Shown: piece after piece, positions 8,427 through 18,533 of the stretch
How the letters are laid out: each line of letters starts with the position of its first letter
How positions within the stretch are numbered: the first letter of the stretch is position 1
Assembly (NCBI GenBank): GCA_003670745.1
Contig: QWQR01000003.1
Coordinates: 1 to 50,507 of the forward strand
Length of the DNA: 50,507 bases
Source of the DNA: Chloroflexota bacterium
GTDB lineage: Bacteria; Chloroflexota; Limnocylindria; Limnocylindrales; Limnocylindraceae
Direction: 5' to 3'
Program-made: the position numbers and the translations under genes
The notes under the pieces: model-generated
What the model saw: only the letters and a program-made list of their open reading frames with translations
Databases searched by the model: none
What the model was told of the DNA's origin: nothing

Positions 8427-9755
8427 CTAGCGACTCGACTCGAGTGCTGGCTCGGGGGGAAACTCCTCAGGGTGGTTGATCCGCGTGGCGGCATCCCAGC
8501 CGCCGCCGACGTCGGCGGTGGCCGCGGCGACGAGGCGGAACGCCCCAGTAATGAGGAAGATGCCGACATAGGTCACGTAGACGACGGGGAGGAGGGCGAG
8601 GACGGCCACGCCGACCGCCTGCCCGATCGCCAGGCCGGCGGCGTTCGTCGCGCCGAATACCGACTGCGCGCGTACCGCTTCACTTGGCGCTGCGAGACGC
8701 AGGAGTCGCTCCTGCGCCGAGAGCATGCCGGCGGCGAAGCCGACGGTGACAACGATCATCACGATGATCAGCACGAGCGGCGCGAACGGATTCCACGGCC
8801 CCGCGAAGATCGACGAGGCCATACCGACGCCGCGCACGATCAGCGAGGCGCGGTAGAGTCGGCTCGCCGATCCGCGTTCGAGCCAGTTGCCAATGAGGAT
8901 CGCGCCGACGAGCGCAGACGCTGAACCGATCGCGGAGAGAAGGATGGCGAAGGCGGCCGACTGGCCGAGGACGACGATCGCATAGACGGAGAGATACGGC
9001 GCGAAGCCGGCGCCGAGGCAGGCGATGAGGTTCGTGCGAATGAAGCGACGCACCGGCGTAGAGAGTGGAGCTGCCGCGGCGCCGCGCTGCATCGTGACGC
9101 TCCCTGGGCGGGGGAGGCGGCCGAGCGCACGAATGAAGAAGAGGCTCGAGAGGAGCGCTCCGACGAATGCGGGAGCGTAGATCGCAACCCCCCAATCCGC
9201 CTGACCGACACGCACGAGGAGCGCGACGGGGATCAGCAGGATCGAGCCGAGGCCGAACTGGATCGCGAGCGCGCGCGGCGCGACAAAGCGGCGTTCGCGT
9301 TCAGGAAGGATGCGGCCGAACCAGGTCTGCACGTTGGCGCTCGCGATCGCTTGTGACGTTGCGCCGATGCCGAAGCCGAGGCCGATGAGAAGGATGCCGC
9401 CGATCGGTGGCAGCAGTCCGATCGCGACGGTGACTACGACGGCGAGATAGAGGAGCGGTCGCGCGAGGCCGATCGCGGCGATGACGATGGTGAGGCGGCG
9501 CAGGTCGCCGCCGCTGCGACGCAGCGCCGTCGGCACGAGCCCCTGCAGAATTCCGCCGACGAATGGGAAGAGGCCGATGAGCGTTGCGAGTGCCGGCGAC
9601 GCGCCAAGCGTGGTGGCGAGCGGGATCGCAAGGCCATCACCGGCAAGGGCGACGGTGATCGCGTCAGAAATTGCGAGGGTGCGGAAGGCGGCGAAGCGCC
9701 CTGTAAGGAAGCGGCGCCAGTCGGCGGCGGCGCCGACGGCGGGGGAGTTGCTCAT
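8427..9755 (-). CDS. MFS-like multi-pass membrane transporter
   Basis: About 12 hydrophobic segments in 6+6 arrangement, LGASPALATLIG motif, and GNWLERG loop resembling MFS motif A. Confidence 0.7.
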   Translation of the reverse strand: MSNSPAVGAAADWRRFLTGRFAAFRTLAISDAITVALAGDGLAIPLATTLGASPALATLIGLFPFVGGILQGLVPTALRRSGGDLRRLTIVIAAIGLARPLLYLAVVVTVAIGLLPPIGGILLIGLGFGIGATSQAIASANVQTWFGRILPERERRFVAPRALAIQFGLGSILLIPVALLVRVGQADWGVAIYAPAFVGALLSSLFFIRALGRLPRPGSVTMQRGAAAAPLSTPVRRFIRTNLIACLGAGFAPYLSVYAIVVLGQSAAFAILLSAIGSASALVGAILIGNWLERGSASRLYRASLIVRGVGMASSIFAGPWNPFAPLVLIIVMIVVTVGFAAGMLSAQERLLRLAAPSEAVRAQSVFGATNAAGLAIGQAVGVAVLALLPVVYVTYVGIFLITGAFRLVAAATADVGGGWDAATRINHPEEFPPEPALESSR

Positions 9756-11044
9756 CCGCCCTTCGCGGCGGCGGCGCTCGCCCGAACCTGTTCCTCAATG
9801 CGATCGATCTCAGCGGCGACGGCGGCGCGCAGGGTGTCGAGCTCATCGCGCGCCTTGTCGGTCGTTGCGTCAATGGCGGTGAGCGTCTTCTTGATCTCCT
9901 TCACTGTCTCGAGGCGGCTGCGCATCGTCTCGATCGCATCCTTTACTGCTGAGAGGTCGGCGCCGCTCCCCTCGGTGCGCTTCAAGATACGCGCGGAGAT
10001 CTTGGCGAGGCGGTACCCCGCCTCAAGGATCGCAAGGTCGGGGGCCTCGGGGTCAACGGCGCAGAAGACGCCGTAGCGATTGATCTGGAACGGGGCGATC
10101 CCGGCGGGGGCAGCCGCCTCACTGAAGATCATCAGGGCGACATCGGCCTTGCGATTCTCCTTCGCCTCGGCGAGCTCCTTCTCTATTGCCGGCTGGGTCA
10201 TCGCCTTGTCCTTCACCTCGACGACGATGCGCAGCGTCTGTGCAGCACCCTCCTTCGCGTTGAGGGTGATCACCGCGTCACCCTTCTTGGAGTCGGTTAC
10301 GGCTCCTGTGACGCCGCCAGTCCCCTCGATCGCGTCGTCGGTGGCGCGGAGCATCTCGGTGTACTCGGCAACGATGCGCGACTCAAAGTCGGCGCCCTTT
10401 GCGGTGCCGCGCTTCCGCTCACCCTTCGCCGCCTTCTGCGATGCATCGAGCTCGACGATGCGCGCGATCACTCCGTCGAAGCGCTCGGAGATCTCTGTGC
10501 GGAATGCGCGCAGCGGCGACGCCTCGCGCGTGGGGTCGAGGAGTTGCGCGAGCATGCTCGCGTCGCCATCAAAGTAGCGGTCGAGGATCGTGCGAATCCT
10601 GCCGAGCGCCGAGTCGCGGCGGTTCTCGTCGAAGAGCTCTTGGGTGAAGCGCGCGAGTTCGCCCTTGTCGCCGAGGAAGTGCTCCAGCGTCGCTGGCATC
10701 TCGCCGCCGTCCTTGGCGAAGGTCTTGCGCAGCAGCGTCTCGACCTCGAGGGCGGCGCGTTTCTGCGAATCCTGCAGCTCGCGCTCGAAGCCTTCAAAGG
10801 CGCGACGCACATGGTCAACGTCGATTGAGCCGCTGGCGCTCTGTAGCGCCATAAGGCCGACGCGCAGGGCGCGCTCGACTGTTTCGCCACGCTCCTCGAC
10901 GGAGCGCGACTCGAGATAGCCGGCGAGGGCGCGGTCGACGATCTCGAGTGATGAGACGCGAATGCGATCGCCGACGATCTCCACCTGCGTCGGCCGGTTC
11001 GCCGCGCTGATCGGAACGATCTCGGCGTCGCGAGCTCCACTCAT
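9752..11044 (-). CDS. Conserved hypothetical coiled-coil protein with C-terminal PD-(D/E)XK-like motifs (RmuC/DUF2130-like)
   Basis: Start reassigned to ATG 11044 (MSGARDAEI). Long helical middle region, then KGADFE...KKGDAVI...IVVEVKD. Confidence 0.6.
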   Translation of the reverse strand: MSGARDAEIVPISAANRPTQVEIVGDRIRVSSLEIVDRALAGYLESRSVEERGETVERALRVGLMALQSASGSIDVDHVRRAFEGFERELQDSQKRAALEVETLLRKTFAKDGGEMPATLEHFLGDKGELARFTQELFDENRRDSALGRIRTILDRYFDGDASMLAQLLDPTREASPLRAFRTEISERFDGVIARIVELDASQKAAKGERKRGTAKGADFESRIVAEYTEMLRATDDAIEGTGGVTGAVTDSKKGDAVITLNAKEGAAQTLRIVVEVKDKAMTQPAIEKELAEAKENRKADVALMIFSEAAAPAGIAPFQINRYGVFCAVDPEAPDLAILEAGYRLAKISARILKRTEGSGADLSAVKDAIETMRSRLETVKEIKKTLTAIDATTDKARDELDTLRAAVAAEIDRIEEQVRASAAAAKGG

Positions 11045-11049
11045 CGTCG

Positions 11050-11325
11050 CTACCGCAGGGCGATCGCGGCGCAGCCGTCGCAGAGGGCGACGAGCCCGCG
11101 CTTCTCTCTCGCGTATCCCGCCGTGTGCATCACGCCGGCGCAGCCGGCGGTGCGACAGCGCCACGACCAGGCGCTGCTCCCAGCGGCGCCGTCGTAGGGG
11201 AGCGACTCTGCTCGCACCTTGTCGGCGAGCCCCTCGTGCGCCGCAAGCGTCGCAGCGATCGCCGCGGCGCGATCCTCCTCGCGCTCAAGGCGATACGGGT
11301 AACTCTGCGCGACGTTGGTCGACAT
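11050..11325 (-). CDS. Small hypothetical protein with putative Zn-binding Cys/His motif
   Basis: 91 aa with CRTAGC-x4-H-x(14)-CDGC; TATACT 6 nt before the ATG; stop 5 nt before the next start. Confidence 0.65.
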   Translation of the reverse strand: MSTNVAQSYPYRLEREEDRAAAIAATLAAHEGLADKVRAESLPYDGAAGSSAWSWRCRTAGCAGVMHTAGYAREKRGLVALCDGCAAIALR

Positions 11326-11360
11326 GCGGCGAGTATAGCGAGGGGCTATCCTTCAACCAC

Positions 11361-12641
11361 ATGACCCGATCGATGCGCGCCCTCCTCCTCGGGACCTTCA
11401 TCCTGCGGACCGCGACCGGGACCACCGGGGCGCTCCTCGTCTTCTGGACGGCTCACCTGCGCGACCGCGGAACGATCCAGGTGAGCACCGCCGACGTGGC
11501 GGCCATCTCCCTCGCCTTCTATGTGACCGAGCTGCTCGGCTCGCCGATCTTTGGGGTGCTCGCCGACCAGATCGGCCGCAAGCCGGTGATGCTTCTCGGT
11601 CCGCTCTTCGGCCTTGTTGCGGTGCTGATCACGCCGTTCGCGCTCACGATTCCGCTGCTCATCGCCACGCGGCTCCTCGAGGGTTCGTCGACGGCGGCGA
11701 GTGTCCCGTCGATCCTCAGCTACGTGGCGGCGCAGACGAGCCACGACGAGCGCCTGCGCGGCCGCGTGGTGACGCTCTTCGAAGTGGCAACGCTCGGCGG
11801 ACTCCTCGTTGCCGGCACGGCGCTCGCGGGGCCGCTCTACGAGATCTTCGGCGAGGTCGCCTTCTTCATCAACGGCGCGATCTATATGCTCGCGCTCGCC
11901 CTCTTCGCCTACGGCGTAAAGGACCATCACTCGCGGCCAGACGGCGCTGCGGAAAATCGCCTGCGTCGCTACGCGCACCTCTTCCGTCAACGCGGCATCC
12001 TGCTCTTCGTTCCCACATGGGTCGCGATCAACGCGATCGTCGGCGTCTGGGTTCCGCAGGGGCTCTACCTGCTCACGGGGAGCTCGGGGGTTGCGGCGAA
12101 CGGGCAGTTCCTCCTCTCTGGCTTCTCGCCGACGATGATCACCTCGGCGCTCGCTGGCCTCGCCCTGATCGGTGGGTTCGGCCTCTTCTTCTGGGGGAAC
12201 TCCTTTGATCGCTACCGCCGCACCTCGGTCTTGCTCGGCGGCGTTGTCGCCTTCGTCGTCGCCATGGCCGCCGTCTGGCTCTTGAATCGCATGACTGGTA
12301 GCGAACTGCCGCTCATCGTCGGGCTGCTGCTGATCCTCTCCGGGTCGATGTTCTTCTTGGCGGGTGCGACCCCTGCAGCGCTCGGCTTTTTGGCCGACGT
12401 TTCGGAGCGGTACAAAACGGACCGCAGCGCCGTGATGGGCCTCTACTCAATCTTCCTCGGCCTTGGTCAGGTGATCGGCACCAAGGTTGCCGGTGACGTT
12501 GCGGCAACGCTCGGCGTCGACGGGCTCGTCTACGTCACCCTCGGCTTCCTCGTGATCGCCGGCGGCGCGCTACTGGTGTTGCGCCGCGTGGAACACGAGA
12601 TCCTTCCCCCGAATGCGCGCCGCGGGGCCGCCGCGCACTGA
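11361..12641 (+). CDS. MFS transporter
   Basis: Start reassigned to ATG 11361 (MTRSMRALL). Motif A GVLADQIGRKPV, RLLEGSS, second-half GNSFDRYRR, about 12 TM. Confidence 0.85.
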   Translation: MTRSMRALLLGTFILRTATGTTGALLVFWTAHLRDRGTIQVSTADVAAISLAFYVTELLGSPIFGVLADQIGRKPVMLLGPLFGLVAVLITPFALTIPLLIATRLLEGSSTAASVPSILSYVAAQTSHDERLRGRVVTLFEVATLGGLLVAGTALAGPLYEIFGEVAFFINGAIYMLALALFAYGVKDHHSRPDGAAENRLRRYAHLFRQRGILLFVPTWVAINAIVGVWVPQGLYLLTGSSGVAANGQFLLSGFSPTMITSALAGLALIGGFGLFFWGNSFDRYRRTSVLLGGVVAFVVAMAAVWLLNRMTGSELPLIVGLLLILSGSMFFLAGATPAALGFLADVSERYKTDRSAVMGLYSIFLGLGQVIGTKVAGDVAATLGVDGLVYVTLGFLVIAGGALLVLRRVEHEILPPNARRGAAAH

Positions 12642-12771
12642 GTGTGCGCCTGCCCTCCTCAATCCCATCTCTGGTGGCGGCGCGGGGAACACGACGCGCG
12701 CGCGGGGCGCACGGGGATAAACTCAGAACGCGGGCGGCTCTGCCCGCAGGGCGACAGTGTAGAGGGGGCCA

Positions 12772-13635
12772 ATGGTGAGCAAGGGCACATCGAAGATCGC
12801 GATCATCTCCGACAGCGCATCTGACATTCAGCCGAGTGAGGCGAAAGAGCTCGGGGTTGTGATCGTTCCGATCATCGTCTCGTTCGAGAGCGAGAGCTTT
12901 AAGGTCGGCGAAGAGATCTCCATGGACGAGTTCTGGCGCCGACTCACCGCCCCCGGCGCGCCCTTCCCAAAGACCGCAGCGCCACCAGCGGCCGCCTTCA
13001 CCGCGGCGTATGACCGCGCCTTCGCCGATGGGGCCGAAGAGATCCTCTCCATTCACGTGGCCTCGAAGCTCTCGGCGACCTACCGCAGTGCGGAGATGGC
13101 GGCGAGCGCACATCCGCAGGCGAAGAGCATCCACCTCGTTGATACCGCTACGGCGTCGGCGGCAGAGGGGCTCTTGGTGAAGCGAGCAAAGCGACTAGCC
13201 GACGCGGGGCGTTCTGCAGCCGAGATCGTCGCCGATCTTGAGCGCGCCATCCCGCGCACGCATGTGATCTTCTTCCTCGACTCCCTTGACTATCTCAAGG
13301 CGGGTGGGCGCATCAGCCCAGCGCGCGCCGCGATCGGTGGGCTCCTTGCGGTGAAGCCGATCATTGACATCGTTGACGGCGAGGTCGTGACGCTTGATCG
13401 ACCGCGCACCGCATCGAAGGCACGCGAGCGATTCATGGAACTCGTCGGCGCATCGCCGGTCGAAGAGCTCACGGTCCTGCACGCTGAGGCCCCCGACGTC
13501 GAGGCGTTCCGCGCCGAACTGTCGGCGCGCTTCCCTGCGATCGGCGCGCTGAAGCCTGGGATCGTGCGCGCCGGCGCAGCGATCGGGCCGCACACGGGAC
13601 CGCGCGGCCTCGGCGTCGCGCTCATTCGCTCCTAG
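12772..13635 (+). CDS. DegV-family fatty-acid-binding protein
   Basis: AIISDSASDI, PKTAAP, SIHVASKLSATY, DSLDYLKAGGRI, PHTGPRGLG. Confidence 0.93.
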   Translation: MVSKGTSKIAIISDSASDIQPSEAKELGVVIVPIIVSFESESFKVGEEISMDEFWRRLTAPGAPFPKTAAPPAAAFTAAYDRAFADGAEEILSIHVASKLSATYRSAEMAASAHPQAKSIHLVDTATASAAEGLLVKRAKRLADAGRSAAEIVADLERAIPRTHVIFFLDSLDYLKAGGRISPARAAIGGLLAVKPIIDIVDGEVVTLDRPRTASKARERFMELVGASPVEELTVLHAEAPDVEAFRAELSARFPAIGALKPGIVRAGAAIGPHTGPRGLGVALIRS

Positions 13636-13770
13636 CCCCCGCGGCCCTCCACGTGCGTGCCGCGAGCGCGGCAACGCCTCCCGAGGGGCGGGTGTAGCAT
13701 CGGCACGAAACCGCCTCACGGCGGACGCCGCGGCAGTGGGCCACGGCGGAGCATGAAGTGAGGTTCCCAG

Positions 13771-15024
13771 ATGGCATCCACACAGAAGAGCGCTTGGGCG
13801 GTTGCCCAGCAGCAGTTCGACCTCGCCGCGACGAAGCTCGGCCTTGAGCCAGGGATCGCCGCCGTCCTTCGGGAGCCGCGCCGCCAGCTCACCGTGCACT
13901 TCCCCGTGCGCATGGATGACGGCTCGACGCGTGTCTTCGAGGGCCACCGCGTGCAGCACAACCTCGGGCGCGGTCCTGCCAAAGGGGGGATTCGCTACCA
14001 CCAGGACGTGAACATCGAAGAGGTGAAGGCGCTCGCCATGTGGATGTCGTGGAAGTGCGCCGTGATGGACCTCCCCTATGGCGGTGGCAAGGGCGGGATC
14101 ACCGTTGACCCGAAGCAGCTCTCGCTGAGCGAGCTCGAGCGACTCACCCGTCGCTTCACCACGGAGATCGCCGTGATCATCGGGCCAGAGTCCGACATTC
14201 CGGCGCCCGACGTGAACACCAACAGCCAGACGATGGCCTGGATGATGGATACCTACTCAATGCACGTCGGCTACACCGTTCCGGGTGTCGTGACCGGCAA
14301 GCCAATCGCCCTCGGCGGATCGCAGGGTCGCAATGAGGCGACGGCGCGCGGCGCAGTCTTCTGCATTCGCGAGGCGGCGAAGAAGATCAACCTCGACCTG
14401 AAGGGGGCGAAGACGGTCGTGCAGGGGTACGGCAATGCCGGCTCCATTGCGGCGCGACTGATCTCTGAGCTCGGTGCGGTGGTGATCGCCGTCTCTGACA
14501 GCAGCGGCGGCATTCATAACCCGGCGGGGCTCGACCTCAACGCGGTCGACGCACACAAGAAGAAGACGGGGAGCGTCGTCGGCTTGGCTGGCTCAACTCC
14601 CGTTTCGAACCAGGCGATCCTCGAGATCGCGTGCGATGTGCTGATCCCAGCGGCGCTGGAGAACCAGATCACCGCCGAGAATGCCGATCGCATTAAGACC
14701 AAGATCGTTGCCGAGGCTGCGAACGGCCCGACGACACCAGAGGCCGATGAGATCCTCTTCAAGAAGGGGACGATGGTGATCCCCGACATCCTCTGCAACG
14801 CAGGCGGCGTGACGGTCAGCTACTTCGAGTGGGTGCAGGACCTCAACCGCGACTTCTGGGAGGAGGACGAGGTCAACATTCGACTCGAGAAGAAGATGGT
14901 CCGCGCCTTCAACGAAGTGCACGAGATGGCGTCGTCGCAGAAGAGCCACCTCCGCCTCGGCGCCTACCTGCTCTCGGTCAAGCGCGTCGCCGACGCCATG
15001 ACCGTTCGCGGCATCTACCCATAG
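13771..15024 (+). CDS. gdhA: Glu/Leu/Phe/Val dehydrogenase, probably glutamate dehydrogenase
   Basis: GPAKGGIRYH, MSWKCA, GGGKGG, DIPAPDVNT, VTGKP, QGYGNAG, AEAANGP, NAGGVTVSYFEW. Confidence 0.92.
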   Translation: MASTQKSAWAVAQQQFDLAATKLGLEPGIAAVLREPRRQLTVHFPVRMDDGSTRVFEGHRVQHNLGRGPAKGGIRYHQDVNIEEVKALAMWMSWKCAVMDLPYGGGKGGITVDPKQLSLSELERLTRRFTTEIAVIIGPESDIPAPDVNTNSQTMAWMMDTYSMHVGYTVPGVVTGKPIALGGSQGRNEATARGAVFCIREAAKKINLDLKGAKTVVQGYGNAGSIAARLISELGAVVIAVSDSSGGIHNPAGLDLNAVDAHKKKTGSVVGLAGSTPVSNQAILEIACDVLIPAALENQITAENADRIKTKIVAEAANGPTTPEADEILFKKGTMVIPDILCNAGGVTVSYFEWVQDLNRDFWEEDEVNIRLEKKMVRAFNEVHEMASSQKSHLRLGAYLLSVKRVADAMTVRGIYP

Positions 15025-15034
15025 GCCTGGGGGA

Positions 15035-15652
15035 ATGACGGGTCTAGACCACGAGGAGCGTTTCCTCTTTCGTGAGGAGATGGCATCGCTCGCCGCCGCG
15101 CTCGGCGACGGGGCGGTGCTCGACAACGTTGAGGACCTGCTCGTTGACCTGATCACCTCGAGCCACTTCAATGCCGAGGTGGTGACGCTCGAGCGCTCGC
15201 TGCAGGCGATGCTCGGCCAGCGACAGGGGGCAACACTTGTCACGGCGCTCACCGCAACCCCCGAGGTCTTCGCCGAGGCCGATGACCTGCGCCTTCCGCA
15301 AGAGGTGCTGGAGCGCCTCACCGGCTGGCGCGCCCGCTTCGGCCTTGCGATTGATAACGCGCTGAGCTTCCTCTCGAATCCCGACGGGATCCAGGGGCAC
15401 CACTTCACCACGCAGGTGGCGCACGCCGACGATCGACGCACCCTGCAGGGGCGCCTCACCTTCGTGCGTTACAGCAACGACTCGGAATTCTTCATCGCCG
15501 ACGCAGCGGTCTTCCTCTCGGTCGCCGCCGATGTTCTTGATCGACTCGGCACGCACATCACGCGCGAAGACGTCGACCCCGAGAGCGTGGCGCGACTCCG
15601 CGAAGCGGTTGCGCTCATCGAGCGCCGCACCGCGCCGCGCGGCGGAGAGTAG
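15035..15652 (+). CDS. Hypothetical protein
   Basis: 205-aa ORF fitting exactly between gdhA (10 nt gap) and the DRTGG gene (5 nt gap), with genome-typical codon use and no recognised motif. Confidence 0.7.
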   Translation: MTGLDHEERFLFREEMASLAAALGDGAVLDNVEDLLVDLITSSHFNAEVVTLERSLQAMLGQRQGATLVTALTATPEVFAEADDLRLPQEVLERLTGWRARFGLAIDNALSFLSNPDGIQGHHFTTQVAHADDRRTLQGRLTFVRYSNDSEFFIADAAVFLSVAADVLDRLGTHITREDVDPESVARLREAVALIERRTAPRGGE

Positions 15653-15657
15653 TCGCG

Positions 15658-16773
15658 ATGGCCGGCGCGGCGGCGCGCCAGCTCTTCCTTGCCGCAACCG
15701 GGCAGAACCGCGGCAAGACGACCACCTCACTCGGCCTCTTCGCAGCACTGCGCTCGCGTGGCCTGAAGACGGGGTTCATGAAGCCGGTCGGCCAGCGTTG
15801 GATCATGATCGATGGCGTCCCCGCCGACGAAGATGCGGCGCTCATGCGCGCGGTGTTCGACCTGCAAGACCCCACCGAGTTGCTTTCACCGGTGCAGATC
15901 CCACGCGGCTTCACGCGCAAGGTGATCGAGGGTGAGGTTGTTGAGGATCTCGGCGCGCGCATCGTTGCGGCACAAGGGCGCATGGCGGAGGGGCGCGACG
16001 TGCTCCTCCTGGAGGGGACGGGCCACGCCGGGGTTGGCGCGGTGATCGGCCTTTCAAACGCCGATGTTGCCGCACTCTTGGGGGCGCCGGTCGTGATCGT
16101 GAGCGAGGGGGGGATCGGGCGACCGATCGACGAGATCGTGCTGAACGCCGCACTCTTCGCCGCCCGTGGCGTCGAGGTCGCCGGCGCGATCGTGAACAAG
16201 GTCAATCTCGAGATGGAGCCGCAGCTGCCGCGACTCCTTGAACGCGGGCTCGCCCGCCACAAGATCCCGCTCCTCGGCGTGCTCCCGTATCGCGAGATCC
16301 TCTCGAACCCAACGCTCGCGATCATTGAAGATGGGCTGCAGGGAGAAACGATCTGGCCAGGGCGAGACATGGACGCGATCATCGGTCGCGTCTCCGTTGC
16401 GGCGATGCAGCCCGACCATGTGATGCAGCGCATCGGCGAAGACGCGCTGGTGGTGGTCCCTGGCGACCGTGAAGACGTGATCGCTGCACTCGCCGAGCTC
16501 TGGCTCTCGCCCGATGAACAGCCGAACCGTCCGCTCGGCTTCGTGCTCTCCGGCGGCTATCGACCGAGCGCGCAGACGATCGACTTAATTCGACGCGCCG
16601 ACCTCTTTGCGGTGCTAATGGAGGGCGACACCTACACCGTCGCCTCGAAGGTTCACGACCTGCTGGTGAAGACGCACCCCGAGGATGCTCGAAAGATCGA
16701 CGAGATCAAGCGCCTCGTCGCCGAGTCGCTCGATATCGATCAGATCCTCGCCGCCGCCCGACCGATCCGCTAG
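15658..16773 (+). CDS. Phosphotransacetylase N-terminal-like protein (BioD-like AAA_26 plus DRTGG domain), without the PTA catalytic domain
   Basis: ATGQNRGKTT P-loop, GFMKPVG, LLEGTGHAGVG, GGIGRPIDE, then VVPGDREDV (DRTGG-type motif). Confidence 0.85.
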   Translation: MAGAAARQLFLAATGQNRGKTTTSLGLFAALRSRGLKTGFMKPVGQRWIMIDGVPADEDAALMRAVFDLQDPTELLSPVQIPRGFTRKVIEGEVVEDLGARIVAAQGRMAEGRDVLLLEGTGHAGVGAVIGLSNADVAALLGAPVVIVSEGGIGRPIDEIVLNAALFAARGVEVAGAIVNKVNLEMEPQLPRLLERGLARHKIPLLGVLPYREILSNPTLAIIEDGLQGETIWPGRDMDAIIGRVSVAAMQPDHVMQRIGEDALVVVPGDREDVIAALAELWLSPDEQPNRPLGFVLSGGYRPSAQTIDLIRRADLFAVLMEGDTYTVASKVHDLLVKTHPEDARKIDEIKRLVAESLDIDQILAAARPIR

Positions 16774-17633
16774 TTCGCGACCGGGAGCGTACAGGCGTCG
16801 ATCAGGCGCACCCCATCAACGACCGCAGCGATCGTGATGAGCAGCTCGCCTGAAACTGCCGTCGCGAGCGGCTGTTCGTCGGCGATCGGTGCGAGGGTCG
16901 CACTTTCTGCGATGTCGAGATAGTCGAGGTTGAGCGCGGGGCCCTTGCGCAGTTCGGCGAGCGCGGCGGCACGGATCTCACCCGCAGTCGTTGCGCCGCT
17001 AGCGTGCGCGCTCGTTGCCGCCTGTAGCGCGCGTGGGATCGCCAGCGCCGTCGCTCGCCCTGATGGGGTGAGGCGTACGTTCCGCGAGCTGAGCGCAAGG
17101 CCGTCGGCGTCGCGCACCGTTGGAACGCGGTGGATCGCGGGTCCACCGCGACGCTGCGCAAGCGCCTCAACGACACGCAGCTGCTGCGCGTCCTTCTCGC
17201 CAAACCACGCGGCATCTGGGGTGACAAGGTCGAAGAGGATCGTCACGACGGTCGCGACCCCGGCGAAGTGCCCGGGTCGCGCCGCACCTTCCAGTCGCAC
17301 GGCGAGCGGCCCAGGATCAATCGCAGGCGGTGTTTCGCCCGGCGGATAGATCGTTGCGTCGTCGGGGGCGAAGATGAGATCTGCCCCGGCCGTGCGCGCG
17401 AGCGCAGCGTCGGCATCAAGGTCGCGCGGATACGCCGCGACATCGGTGCCGCTCGCGAACTGTCGGGGGTTGACGTAGATCGAGACGACGACCGTTCCCG
17501 ATGCGGCGCGTGCTGCAGCGATCAGCGCGGCGTGGCCTGAATGAAGCGCGCCCATCGTGGGAACGAGGCCGATCGGTCGCTCCGCGACGCGAAGCGCTGC
17601 GGCGAGCTCTTCGCGGGTGCGAACGATCTGCAT
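16770..17633 (-). CDS. panC: Pantoate-beta-alanine ligase
   Basis: VPTMGALHSGH, SIYVNPRQF, YPRDL, RPGHFAGV, FGEKDAQQL, LALSSRN, RLID. Confidence 0.96.
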   Translation of the reverse strand: MQIVRTREELAAALRVAERPIGLVPTMGALHSGHAALIAAARAASGTVVVSIYVNPRQFASGTDVAAYPRDLDADAALARTAGADLIFAPDDATIYPPGETPPAIDPGPLAVRLEGAARPGHFAGVATVVTILFDLVTPDAAWFGEKDAQQLRVVEALAQRRGGPAIHRVPTVRDADGLALSSRNVRLTPSGRATALAIPRALQAATSAHASGATTAGEIRAAALAELRKGPALNLDYLDIAESATLAPIADEQPLATAVSGELLITIAAVVDGVRLIDACTLPVAN

Positions 17634-17639
17634 CGCTCG

Positions 17640-18533
17640 CTAGCTGTGTGGCGCGTTGTCGCGTGCTGGATCAATCGCTGCGAGCGCGGCAAGCGCGCTC
17701 CGCAGCGCTTCGTCGCCCTCGATCGACTCTGCGGCGCCAGGGAAGCTCCCCGCTTCGACCTCGGCGCGCCACGCCTCGATCGCGGCGATCGCACGCTCAC
17801 GCAGGTTGGCGAATGGGCGTGCGTGACGTGGTGGCCGCCCCGCCAAGAGGCCGAGGAGGTCGGGGATCACCTGCACCTGGCCCGAGCATCCGTTCCCTGC
17901 GCCAATTCCGATCGTTGGGATGTGCAGCCGCGCGGTGATCGCCGCGGCGAGTTCGGCAGGCACAAGCTCGATGACGATCGCCGCCGCCCCAGCGGCCTCG
18001 AGAGCGAGTGCGTCGGCGAGGAGCGCCGCCGCCGCTTCGGGGGCGCGCCCCTTCACGCGCGGACGACCCTCGGTGAGCGTCGACTGCGGCGTGAGGCCGA
18101 TGTGGCCGATCACCGGCGCACCGCTGCGCGCCAGCGCCCCGACGATCGGGGCCATCTCGGCACCCCCCTCCATCTTCACGGCGCCTGCACCGGCCTCGCG
18201 AAGGAAGCGTCCGGCATTCGCTACGGCGATCGCCTCGTCGGCGTACGAGAGGAAGGGCATGTCGGCGACGACGAGCGGCGCTGATGTGGAGCGCACGACC
18301 GCCGCGACGTGGTGGAGCATCTCGTCCATTCCGATGCGTACGGTCGACTCATGCCCCAGTGCGACCTGTGCGAGCGAGTCGCCGACGAGGATCGCGCGGA
18401 CCCCCGCCGCCTCGGCGATCTCCGCGGTTGCGCGGTCGTAGGCGGTGAGCACGGCGAACGGCGTCTTCACATCGCGGGCCGCCTGCAGGTCCGCGATCGT
18501 GGCGCGGCGACTGGTAGGGGGCTGACCGCTCAT
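17640..18533 (-). CDS. panB: 3-methyl-2-oxobutanoate hydroxymethyltransferase
   Basis: LTAYD, ILVGDSLA, ADMPFLSY, AVKMEGG, GHIGLTPQS, IGIGAG..CSGQVQV. Confidence 0.96.
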   Translation of the reverse strand: MSGQPPTSRRATIADLQAARDVKTPFAVLTAYDRATAEIAEAAGVRAILVGDSLAQVALGHESTVRIGMDEMLHHVAAVVRSTSAPLVVADMPFLSYADEAIAVANAGRFLREAGAGAVKMEGGAEMAPIVGALARSGAPVIGHIGLTPQSTLTEGRPRVKGRAPEAAAALLADALALEAAGAAAIVIELVPAELAAAITARLHIPTIGIGAGNGCSGQVQVIPDLLGLLAGRPPRHARPFANLRERAIAAIEAWRAEVEAGSFPGAAESIEGDEALRSALAALAAIDPARDNAPHS

